A DNA stretch of 32,000 bases from assembly GCF_000027325.1 (NCBI RefSeq), contig NC_000908.2, forward strand, positions 60,001 through 92,000. Direction: 5' to 3'. This DNA comes from Mycoplasmoides genitalium G37. Its GTDB lineage: Bacteria; Bacillota_I; Bacilli_A; Mycoplasmatales; Mycoplasmoidaceae. Position numbers and translations under genes: made by a program. The notes below the pieces were generated by a model that saw only the letters and a list, made by a program, of their open reading frames with translations, searched no databases and had not been told where the DNA came from. Shown here in pieces: positions 22,620 to 32,000 of this stretch. Numbering within the stretch: position 1 is the first letter of the stretch; every line of letters starts with the position of its first letter.

Positions 22620-24044
22620 GTGTTAAGACGTTATCTAACTCTGAGTTTTTCTAGCTTGCTTTTATTAGCACTGCTGTTTTTAACAGGCTGTTCTTTTGTT
22701 AGACCACAATTTCGCAGGGGCTTTAGAACCCAGTTTAAAATTAACTCTATTCCAACTGTTAGTGATCCTTATCACATTAACTACGACTTAACTTTTTCAT
22801 TAAACTTTGCTTCCAACAAAAGAAATACTTATGGTACTGGTTGGTTAATTGATTGGAAAGGAGATGAAAATAACCCTGAGAAAAATGATCCTTTTAAAGT
22901 TTATTTAGCTACTAACCTCCATGTGATAGATGCTTTAAGAAATAATAATGACTATGAACCATATAACAAGGATAGTAATAACCAAGCTTTTAATAGTGAA
23001 GAGATCACTAGGTTCTTTTCTATAGGTAAATACACATATCCTAGTATTTTTAGTGAATTAAATTTCATTATCAATGCTAGAGAAGCGTTTGTTTCGATTC
23101 AAACCTCTACTATTCCTAAAACTGCTTATGCTGCTGTTAACTTTGTTGAAACACAAGGAGAGGATGAAAGTTATACAGATTCATTATCAACTGATAATAA
23201 AAGAGATATTTATGCGGATTTTGCTGTGATAGAAATTCCCTTATTCTTAACTAACCATCGCGATTATCAAGTATTTAATGAATTTATTAAACCAGCAATA
23301 GAAACATACAAACAACTAGGAAACTCTTCCTTTGAAAAAAAACAACTAGATCAACATAAAAACGACAACTTTTACATGTTAGGTTATCCTTTGGTTGAGA
23401 GTAGCATAGATGCTCTAATTTTGAACCAAAGAAGACAGTACAATAACAGTTATACTGAAAAATATACTCCTCAAACTTTAACCAAAGATCAACGTACCAT
23501 TGACTTAAGCAGAGAAGTTCCTACTTTAATTCAGAACAAAACAGAAAACTCTACAGGAAGTCAATTACTAGTAAATCAATCTTTAAGTAGTACATCTGAA
23601 GGGATTATTGAATTTATTAAGTTACCTGAATTTAAACTCAATTATCATAATAAAAGTTACCGTCAATATGGTAGAGGTTTTGCTCTACAAAACACTAACT
23701 TTAGACCAGGTTCTTCAGGAACTTTAATGTTAAATAACCAAAAACAGATAGCAGGTATTTATTTTGGTGTTTTAGATTTTGGAGAAGATGTAAGTTTAAT
23801 GAGTAACATTGGCGTTGGACAAATTCTTCGTGTTCCTCAAAAGAACAATACTAGAAATAGATCAATTGCTACTAATAAAAGCAACTATGATTTGATCTTT
23901 GGTGATAGCAATACAACTAACTTTTATGCAAAATTTGCTAGACAAAATAACACCCATCTTTATCAGATGATTTCAAATAGTAAAGATACAAAATTAAAGT
24001 ATGTGAATACTGTTGAAAAAACAGTAAAAGCTAGTATTAAATAA
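22620..24044 (+). CDS. Lipoprotein with DUF31-like/trypsin-like putative peptidase domain, 474 aa
   Basis: GTG start, MLRRYLTLSFSSLLLLALLFLTGCSF (lipobox LTGC). GTGWLIDWKGDE, ATNLHVIDALRN, YADFAVIEIPLF, RPGSSGTLMLNN. Confidence 0.88.
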   Translation: MLRRYLTLSFSSLLLLALLFLTGCSFVRPQFRRGFRTQFKINSIPTVSDPYHINYDLTFSLNFASNKRNTYGTGWLIDWKGDENNPEKNDPFKVYLATNLHVIDALRNNNDYEPYNKDSNNQAFNSEEITRFFSIGKYTYPSIFSELNFIINAREAFVSIQTSTIPKTAYAAVNFVETQGEDESYTDSLSTDNKRDIYADFAVIEIPLFLTNHRDYQVFNEFIKPAIETYKQLGNSSFEKKQLDQHKNDNFYMLGYPLVESSIDALILNQRRQYNNSYTEKYTPQTLTKDQRTIDLSREVPTLIQNKTENSTGSQLLVNQSLSSTSEGIIEFIKLPEFKLNYHNKSYRQYGRGFALQNTNFRPGSSGTLMLNNQKQIAGIYFGVLDFGEDVSLMSNIGVGQILRVPQKNNTRNRSIATNKSNYDLIFGDSNTTNFYAKFARQNNTHLYQMISNSKDTKLKYVNTVEKTVKASIK

Positions 24045-24081
24045 AACAAAATAGTGACTTTCTTTTTTTATACTCATAAAA

Positions 24082-24408
24082 ATGGAAAATCAAAACAGTT
24101 GTAGTTCTGTAAAAGAAAAAGAGTTATATAATCCAAAAAAGCCTTTTCTTTTTGCGGTAATTTCTTTCTTTGTTTTCATAATATTTTTTGCTTTAGCAGG
24201 TTCATTTACCAAATTTGCATTAGAAGAAAGCAGGGGTTATAGTTTTCTTGTTATTGTCTGTTATCTTCTAGGAACAGTTTGTTTTTTTGTTTTTATCTAT
24301 TTTTGGTTTTGATTCTTATCTGAATTTTTTGCAAATAGAGTTCTAGTTAAGTTATGAGATTTACCTACTAAAAAGAGAAGAAAAAGACATGCAAAAAAAC
24401 AAAGATAA
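24082..24408 (+). CDS. Small hypothetical membrane protein, 108 aa, basic C-terminus
   Basis: ATG start. Reading through TGA at 24310-24312 and one further TGA gives ...FFVFIIFFALAGSF...YSFLVIVCYLLGTVCFFVFIYFWFWFLSEFF...LPTKKRRKRHAKKQR*. Two hydrophobic segments. Confidence 0.55.
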
Positions 24409-24550
24409 TTAGTTAAGTTTTAATAACTCAGTTGGCAAATAAATTAGGGAGTTATTAGAACGCTATTTTTTATTAATTTAAGTGTTTGTTTAAAATTTAT
24501 TAAGTACTTTTTTAACTTGTTAAAAAAGTAGTTATTTTATTAGTTGGAAA

Positions 24551-25555
24551 GTGCAAAAAGAATTAAATATTTCAAATGATAAAAAGACTTGTTTAAATGA
24601 AATAGAAACAAGCAAAGTTAAATTTCTAACAACAACTTTAATTTTGTTGTGATCAATATTAATAACACTCTTAGTTGTTGTTAGTGTATTAGCATTTAAT
24701 TTCATTTTATTAGGATCTACTAAACAAGGATTACCAAATACCAATGAAATAGAGACACTAAAAAGTTCATTAGCCTTGCAATTATCACAAAATGGTGTGA
24801 TCTTATCAATAGCACTACTTGCTTTTTTTAGTTGGATGGCAATTGTTGGAATTCACAGCTTTTTAGTTGGAATTTTAGTTAATCATCAAACACTTAAAAT
24901 AAGTAAAAAGTATGTTATTTTAGGTTCGATTTTTCCAATTATGGCATTAACAAATACTCTTGTAATTAGAAAAAAATTAAAAGCTTTATTAGGAGAGGGT
25001 AAGGTTCAAAAAGGACTCAAAGTTTTAACTATTAGTTTTATTTGTGTTTGAAGCTTGCAATTGATAATAGGCTTTTTTGTATGACTTTTTCCTTATGCTG
25101 GTGAGGCAGGAATTAATATAGGAATTAATTTATCTATTTTTAATTTGGCTCAGTTAGTAGGCTCAGATATAAATGTAATAACTTACTTTACAACTTTTTT
25201 AACGCTGCTTTTTGCATTTCTTTCATGAGCCGTATTGCATGTTTTAGCTTGCTTTATTTTGGTACATTTGACTATTTATAAACAACAAGAATGAATAAAA
25301 ATTAAAGCTATTTACATTTTGGCTTTAACCTTAATTGATTTAATGGGTTTAATTTTGGCTTTTGGTATTATTGTTGTTAACAATACAAATTCTTCAAGTG
25401 TTGATGCAAAATCAAATTCCTTAGCATTAATTTTTAAGTTCATTTATTTTGGTAGTTCTATAGCAGCCTTTTTAACAGTTTTAAGTTTTGCTAGTTCAGT
25501 TGCTTTACTTGTCAATTTAATAAAAAAAGATAAGGGATTAACCTTAAAAAATTAG
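24551..25555 (+). CDS. Hypothetical multi-TM membrane protein, about 334 aa (GTG start inferred)
   Basis: Frame 2 joins track ORFs 24776..25051 and 25319..25555, extending upstream through TGA to about 24551. Multiple hydrophobic segments. Reads open to TAA at 25553-25555. Confidence 0.6.
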
Positions 25556-25561
25556 TTAACC

Positions 25562-26616
25562 TCCCCCAACCTCTATTTTCTGTTACTAGTGCCTAAGGTG
25601 GTATTGGAGTATCACAAGCTCAGTAAGGATGTAGTCAAAGAGAGTTTGGGGGTGGATACATCAGGTTCAACTTTTGATCCAACTAAAAGGTTGAAAAAAG
25701 ATAGTCCAATGAAGGATTCAAACAAAGACAGTGAGAAACTCACCGAAGCAACTGCTTCATCCATGAGTAGTGGTGGGGCTACATCCACTCGCAAGGCCCT
25801 CAAGGTTGAGGTGGAGAAACAAAGTGGATCAACTGATTCACTTTTAAAAAACGACTTTGCTAAAAAGCCACTAAAGCATAAAGAAAATAGTGGGGAGGTG
25901 AAGTTGGATGCGAGTGGGGAGTTTGCCAATGATAAAGCCTGAAAACCGGTGTTGAAAACAGATGAGATAACAAGAGAGAGGGGGATGGGGGCGACTTAGA
26001 CTTTCTCCCCTGAATCGGCAATGGTTATTCCTTCTCCAACTCCCCCTCCCCTTCTTCTTCTTCTTCTACTACTTCTACTTCCTCTTCTACCCCACTCCCC
26101 ACTTTTTCTAACATCAATGTTGGGGTTAAATCAATGATCACTCAACACTTAAATCAGCAAAACACCCGGTGGGTGTTTACCCCTAACTCTTCACCAGACA
26201 TCTGAACGGGAGCAGGGTATCGCAAGGGTTCATCAAACACCAACGGCATTCCCTTCGACCAGGTGAAACCTAGCAATAATAGTCAACAGTTTAATCCCAA
26301 TTCAGATGATAATAAAGTCACTTCAGGTGGCTCCTCCAAACCAACCACCTACACCCATTTACCCAACAGTATCAGTCCCACCAGTGACTGGATCAATGCG
26401 TTGACTTTCACTAATAAGAATAACCCGCAAAGAAACCAACTGTTGCTCAGAGCACTGTTAGGAACGATCCCGGTATTGATCAATAAGAGTGGAGGAAGTG
26501 GGAATGAGTTTACCCATACGAGTGAGCAGCAGTGAAACGAAACAGATAAATTAGGAGGTAACCTCCCGGGGTTTGGGGAGGTGAATGGCGGTTTTTACCC
26601 AGTTTTACTTATTTAA
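25562..26616 (+). pseudogene. P140 adhesin-like fragments (no start, internal phase change)
   Basis: ...VPKVVLEYHKLSKDVVKESLGVDTSG...AWKPVLKTDEITRERGMGAT*, then in another frame [40 protein letters not shown]...[38 protein letters not shown]...NLPGFGEVNG. Confidence 0.8.
26052..26090 (+). repeat. Degenerate trinucleotide tract (TTC)5 with TAC/TTC/CTC units
   Basis: TTCTTCTTCTTCTTCTACTACTTCTACTTCCTCTTCTAC. In the downstream adhesin frame it reads as Ser/Thr codons (TCT/ACT). Confidence 0.8.
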
Positions 26617-26784
26617 TAGTTAAAAAAGCTTTAGATTTTTATCAAATTTTTATCTATTTAATATTTAAGAAAGTCGCAAATTTTTATCAGTTTATTGGTC
26701 AAAGAAGTCGCAAATTTTTCTTAGTTTTTTATTTGCTTAATGGTTAAAAAAGCGTTAGTTTTTACCTTTATTTAATTAATAAAC

Positions 26785-27655
26785 TTCGCCACCCCCATCA
26801 CCGATTCTAAGGCTGATCTGGTTAGTTTGGCACAACTAGATGATTCCTATCAAATCTCCGACCAAACCATCCATAACACCAACCTGTTTGTGTTGTTCAA
26901 GTCCAAGGATGTGAAGCTTACATATAGTTCAAGTGGCTCAAATAACCAGATTAGTTTTGATTCAACTAGTCAAGCTAACAAACCCGCCTACATCGTTGAA
27001 TTTACTAATTCCACCAACATTGGCATCAAGTGAAGCGTGGTGAAAAAATATAAGTTAGATGTGCCAAGTGTTTCAACAACCATGAACCAAGTGTTGCAAG
27101 AATTGATCCTTGAACAACCTTTGACTAAGTATACGCTTAATAGTAGTTTGGCCAAAGAGAAGGGCAAAAGCCAAAGGGAGGTGCATCTGGGTTCAAATTC
27201 AAATCAGTGACGATCGATGCGTGACCAACACGGCTTAAACAACAATCCCAGCCCAAATGCTTCAACTGGATTTAAACTCACTACCGGCAACGCATATAGA
27301 AAACTAAGTGAGTCCTGACCAATTTATCAACCAATTGATGGGACCAAGCAGGGCAAAGGGAAGGATAGTAGTGGGTGGAGTTCAACTGAAGCAACAACGG
27401 CAAAAAATGATGCGCCCAGTGTTTCTGGAGGGAGATCATCAGATCAAAGTAATAAATTCACCAAGTACCTCAACACCAAGCAAGCATTGGAAAGGATCGG
27501 TATCTTGTTTGAAAGTAATGGAGAGGCGAGGAATGTTGTTAGCCTCCTTCCTCTACTTTCAACCCAACAAGGTGAAAAGTGGTCAATACCAAACCACCAA
27601 CACCTACAACAAGTTAATTGAACCTGACAAGTGACAATCAAGTAGTGATTTGAAC
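26785..27655 (+). pseudogene. P110 adhesin-like N-terminal region fragment
   Basis: FATPITDSKADLVSLAQLDDSYQISDQTIHNTNLFVLFKSKDVKLTYSSSGSNNQISFDSTSQ...LSESWPIYQPIDGTKQGKGKDSSGWSS...KYLNTKQALERIGILF. Starts directly after AT-rich DNA and ends in stop codons. Confidence 0.8.
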
Positions 27656-27752
27656 AATATGACCAACTTGTTAAAACTCCTAACAACTAAAAATGTGAAA
27701 GCAAAGTTGGGGAAGACAGCCCAATCTCAGGAAAATAGTGGGGGGGTGAAAT
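27645..27752 (+). pseudogene. Short second P140-like fragment
   Basis: Conceptual SDLNNMTNLLKLLTTKNVKAKLGKTAQSQENSGGVK, which I recall as resembling a C-terminal region of P140. It directly follows the P110-like block. Confidence 0.6.
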
Positions 27753-27934
27753 GATAAAAATGTTTTTAAATAACTACATTAATTCTCTTAAACTTACTAA
27801 ATTATTTTTCCATTTCGAACTATTATTTGAAAAAAGTTATTAATTGCAAGTTGATAAAGAAAATGAAGCAAAATAACAAGAAAGAATTATCTAAATTTAA
27901 ATAGACTAGAATTAAATTAAGACCAAAATGTTGC

Positions 27935-28207
27935 ATGCAAACAACATATGCTCTTTTAGTTGTTTTTGGAATTTTATTAGTTCTAATTGGACTAGGATTT
28001 TTATTTTGAGCTTTAAAAATTTCACTTAAAGAACAAAAGAAAGGTCAAATTACTAATGATTTGACTTCCAATAACTCACTTAAAAATGAAGTTCCTAGAG
28101 GGAGTTGATGAAAAAGAAACAACAAATTAGTTTTATTTTTGCTTGCAATAGTTTTTTTAATGCTAGGAATAGGTGGACTTGTTTCCCTTCCTAAGCTGTT
28201 TGGTTAA
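27935..28207 (+). CDS. Small hypothetical membrane protein, 90 aa, two TM segments
   Basis: ATG start: MQTTYALLVVFGILLVLIGLGFLFWALKISLKEQKKGQ...NEVPRGSWWKRNNKLVLFLLAIVFLMLGIGGLVSLPKLFG*. Contains three TGA codons, so it is absent from the ORF track. Confidence 0.5.
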
Positions 28208-28227
28208 TAAAATTTAGTAGTTTTAAA

Positions 28228-30954
28228 ATGCAGATTAGTTTAGTTAAAATCCGCAATAAGTTTAAACAAAGAAACCGTGGTTCTTTTCGTCAGTGAGTTG
28301 GTAAGCTTTCCAACGGTTTGATGATCCCTATTGCAGTTTTGCCTTTAGCAGGTATTTTTTTAGGAATCGGTGATGCCATTTCTTCCAATTCATCTGGCAT
28401 TGTTGGTGTGAAATTTTTTGGTGAATTTATTAAACAAGGTGGTAATGTAGTTTTTGCTAACTTACCTATTTTGTTTGCAGTTGCAATTGCGATCACCTTT
28501 TCTCAAGATGCAGGGGTTGCTGGATTTTCTGCTTTTGTTTTTTGGGCCACAATGAACGCGTTTATGAGTTCATTAATTATTCCTGTTGATGCAAATAATA
28601 CTGCTTCAGGTTATAACATCCTTTATTGAAAAGCAGTACCTCAGTCAGCAATTGCTTCTACTTTAGGATTAAATTCACTTTCAACTTCAGTTTTTGGTGG
28701 GATTATAGTAGGGGCTTTAACTGCATATTTATATAACAAGTTTTATGCAATTAGATTGCCTGATGTAATTGGGTTTTTTAGTGGTACTAGGTTTGTTCCT
28801 ATTATTTGTATGACTATTGCTATTCCAGTAGCATTACTTTTATTGATGGTTTGACCTGGTGTTTCTATCTTATTAAATTTAATAGGAACTGGGCTTGGAA
28901 TCTTAGGTGGAAGAGGATATGGTGCTAACAGTTTAATCTTTGGATATATAGAAAGAGCACTAATTCCTTTTGGAGTACATCATGCCTTTTATGCACCATT
29001 ATGATATACAAGTGCAGGCGGTAGTTTGCAAGAAATTGCAAATCAACAAGTTTGGATTAGAGCTCCTGGTAGTGATTATGTAACCAGAGTGATAGGTTGA
29101 GAAGATTTTAATACTCCAGGAAAATGAGTTATTCCTGCTGCTTTAGCTAATGGAACAAGTGGAATGATGAATGGAGCTACTACAACAGGACAAGATAGTA
29201 CATCTGCACTTTCAAAATACATGAGTAAAGAATCAACAAACTTTCTAAGTTGAAAAGAACTTGTTGATGGTCTTACACGTAAAGGTAACTTTGATGAATT
29301 GGCTAAAAACGGTTTATTAGATGGTTCTAACAAGATTTGAATTGGTTTAAACCAGTCAGGGATCTTAGGTAAAAAAGTACTGTTAAGTGATGGTAAGGAC
29401 TACACTATTACCTTTAAAACTTTTGCTAACACCACGCCAACATTCTGAAGCCATGGTGCTCATGCACTTTTACCAATTAGTGGAACTCCAAGTGCAATAA
29501 CTAATGGAGTTACTGTTAATGGTACTGCTAATTCTAAAACCTATAATGTCAGTCAGTTCACTGTTGCAGTTCCTTCTTTAAACCCAGCACAATATTCCCA
29601 AGGTAAATTCCCATTCATGCTAATTGGAATTCCAGCAGCTGGACTTGCAATGATCTTAGCTGCTCCTAAGGGTAGAAGAAAAGAAGCTAGTTCTATTATT
29701 GGTAGTGCTGCATTCACTAGTTTTCTAACAGGGATCACCGAACCTTTTGAATTTACCTTTCTTTTCTTAGCACCATGGTTATTCTATGGTATCCACGCTG
29801 TATTAGCTGCAGTAAGCTTTTGATTAATGAACTTATTGAGTGCTAACGTTGGACAAACCTTCTCAGGTTCTTTCATTGACTTTATCTTGTATGGGGCTTT
29901 ACCTGATGGTAGGGGTTGATTAGCAAACTCTTACTTAGTACCTATTATTGGTATCTTTTTAGCATTGATTTATTTCCCTACCTTCTATTTCTTGACAATT
30001 CGCTTTAACTTAGCAACTCCTGGTAGAGGTGGTAAGTTAATTACTAAAAAGGAATATTTAGCAGCAAAAGCAGCTCAAAAAACTGATCAAACTACTAACA
30101 CTAACTTTAATCAAACCCAAATTGAAGCTGGTATGTTACTAAGAGCTTATGGTGGAAGTGAAAACATTGCTGAATTAGGGGCTTGCATTACTAAATTAAG
30201 AGTAACAGTTAAAAACCCTGAACTTGTTAATGAAACTATTATTAAAGACTTGGGAGCAGCTGGGGTAATGCGTACCACTCCAACATTCTTTGTAGCAGTG
30301 TTTGGTACTCGAGCTGCTGTTTATAAATCAGCAATGCAAGATATTATCCAAGGCAAAGTAAATTGAACAGAGTTGCAAAAAGTCTTAGATAAAAATGATA
30401 GTACTGTTGAAAAACCAGAAATAAAACCAACCCCAGTTTTAAAAGTTCAAGATGAAATTGTGATCCTCTCACCAGTTAATGGCACCTTAAAACCGCTCAC
30501 CCAAGTTCCTGATGATACCTTCAAAAATCGTTTGGTAGGAGATGGAATTGCTATCTTACCTAGCGATGGGCACTTCAAAGCACCAGGTGATGTGGGTGTG
30601 AAAACTGAACTTGCTTTCCCTACTGGTCATGCCTTTATCTTTGATGTTGATGGTGTGAAAGTAATGCTTCACATTGGGATTGATACAGTAAAAATTAATG
30701 CTGATAAAAAACCAGGGGAACAACTTGAAGTGTTTGATGTAAAAACAAAACAAGGAGAATACACTAAATTAAAGAGTGAAAGTGTTGTTGAAGTTGATTT
30801 AAAGAAACTTAAACGAAAGTATGATCCAATCACTCCTTTCATTGTGATGCAAGAATCACTTGATAACTTCAAGTTGGTGCCAATTCGCCAACGTGGTGAA
30901 ATTAAAGTTGGCCAACCTTTATTTAAACTAATTTATAAAGATAAGAAGAGTTAA
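28228..30954 (+). CDS. ptsG: PTS glucose-type transporter, EIICBA fusion, 908 aa
   Basis: EIIC N-terminus [80 protein letters not shown]. Joined through many TGAs. Confidence 0.94.
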
Positions 30955-30974
30955 TCAATAAAACTCGATAATAA

Positions 30975-31010
30975 CTAAAAGCCATAAAACCTTGGTTTTG
31001 TGGTTTTTAG
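30975..31010. terminator. Strong 17-bp hairpin between ptsG and rpsB, candidate terminator
   Basis: CTAAAAGCCATAAAACC-TT-GGTTTTGTGGTTTTTAG. All 17 positions pair if G-U is allowed in the plus-strand transcript; the 3' arm is U-rich. Confidence 0.55.
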
Positions 31011-31067
31011 CTTGTTTATAACAATATTATTGCAGTTTTACTGCATAATGTAAAATTACACAGCATG

Positions 31068-31919
31068 TCAGATACAAATACTGAAAAACCTGAGTTAGTT
31101 TCCCTTAATAAGTTAAGTGAGATGCGCACTAACATCGGGATGGTTAAACGTTATTGAAACCCAAAGATGGGATTCTTTATCGAACCTGAACGTAAGCATA
31201 ATAACGATTTATTGAAGCTTGATCTACAGTACCAAGCGTTAAAAACTGCTTATAACTTCATTAAGGATGTTGTTAAAAATCACGGACAAATCCTTTTTGT
31301 TGGAACAAAGAATGATTATGTTAAAAAACTGGTAATTGATATTGCTAAAAGAGTTAATGTTGCATATATTACCCAGCGCTGATTAGGTGGTACTTTAACT
31401 AACTTTAAAACCCTTTCTATCTCAATTAACAAACTCAATAAATTAGTTGAACAGCAAAAGCAAAATGCAAATGATCTAACCAAGAAAGAAAACCTGTTAC
31501 TTTCAAGAGAGATTGAAAGACTTGAAAAGTTCTTTGGTGGGGTCAAAAATTTAAAAAGACTTCCTAATCTAATAGTTATAGATGATCCTGTTTATGAAAA
31601 AAATGCAGTTTTAGAAGCAAACAGCTTAAAAATCCCTGTTGTGGCACTATGCAACACCAACACCAATCCAGAGCTAGTTGACTTTATTATTCCAGCTAAT
31701 AACCACCAACCCCAAAGTACTTGTTTATTGATGAATTTACTAGCAGATGCGATAGCAGAAGCGAAGGGTTTTGAAACCTTGTATGCTTACAAACCAGATG
31801 AACAGATCCAAATTGAAATTCCTCCCAAACAAGAACGCCAAGTTATTAACCGTTCCAATACCAGAAACATCACTAACCAGCGCTTAAACATTAACCGTCA
31901 ACAACAAGAAACTTTATAG
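31068..31919 (+). CDS. rpsB: 30S ribosomal protein S2
   Basis: MSDTNTEKPELVSLNKLSEMRTNIGMVKRYWNPKMGFFIEPERKHNNDLLKLDLQYQALKTAYNFI..., plus ITQRWLGGTLTNFKT and IPVVALCNTNTNPELVDFIIPANN. TAG at 31917-31919. Confidence 0.95.
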
Positions 31920-31923
31920 AGCA

Positions 31924-32000
31924 GTGAACAGTTGAACAGGACTTAGTGAACAAGCGGCAATTAAAAGTCGTCAAGAACATGGTGCTAATTTTCTTCCTGA
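31924..32000 (+). CDS. Cation-transporting P-type ATPase, N-terminal part only (runs off the window)
   Basis: GTG start reading through TGA: MNSWTGLSEQAAIKSRQEHGANFLPE, matching the conserved P-type ATPase N-terminal motif (GLSEQEA..R...G.N.L). Confidence 0.7.

Larger units (their letters stand above)
25562..27760 (+). repeat. MgPar-type silent archive of MgPa adhesin-operon (P140/P110) sequences
   Basis: Locally higher GC, no complete gene, and conceptual peptides recognisable as P140 (MG191-like) and P110 (MG192-like) pieces, interrupted by stops, phase changes and an AT-rich spacer. Assignment is from recalled adhesin sequence. Confidence 0.85.

Noticed and set aside
25612-25929. Minus-strand 105 aa ORF in the archive
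   Set aside because: The plus-strand reading is the P140-like one; the minus ORF reflects biased codon composition.
26052-26090. Possible CRISPR or minisatellite array at the triplet tract
   Set aside because: Only trinucleotide units, no spacers and no cas genes; fits the Ser/Thr-coding tract of an adhesin archive.
26671-26719. Two copies of AAGTCGCAAATTTTT as a CRISPR-like pair
   Set aside because: Only two 15-nt copies in AT-rich sequence, no further units; treated as a spacer duplication.
27308-27686. ORFs 27308..27634 (+) and 27444..27686 (-)
   Set aside because: Out-of-frame readings of the P110-like fragment, whose true frame gives SWPIYQPIDGTKQGKGKDSSGWSS...NTKQALERIGILF.
25562-27760. 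Possible transposon or phage remnant because of the composition shift
   Set aside because: No transposase, integrase or terminal inverted repeats seen; the conceptual peptides are adhesin-like.
29076-29333. Minus-strand ORFs 28290..28496, 29076..29333, 29553..29738, 30556..30753 and 30669..30872
   Set aside because: All antisense to the continuous ptsG reading frame.

Overview
This window is gene-dense, AT-rich mollicute DNA. Gene order and protein sequence closely match Mycoplasma genitalium, from the deoA/cdd region through rpsB. It must be read with genetic code 4 (TGA = Trp). The supplied ORF track breaks most real genes at TGA, so I rebuilt full-length genes across in-frame TGAs. Content in order: deoA (partial), cdd, phosphohexomutase, nusG/secE/small ORF/rpmG (minus), rsmI/RNase M5/prs/smpB (minus), a glycosyltransferase, an MFS transporter (minus), tRNA-Ser(GCU), fruA/fruK, a very large FtsX-like ABC permease with its ATPase, transketolase, two paralogous lipoproteins with chymotrypsin-like triads, small orphan membrane ORFs, a MgPar-type silent P140/P110 adhesin archive, ptsG, rpsB, and the start of a P-type ATPase. 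I found no CRISPR array, transposon, restriction system or toxin-antitoxin module. The most interesting parts are the chimeric adhesin archive (about 25.56-27.76 kb), the unassigned membrane ORFs flanking it, and the protease-like lipoprotein pair. Nothing here convincingly looks like a wholly undescribed system. All family and species assignments come from recalled sequence knowledge; no database search was run.
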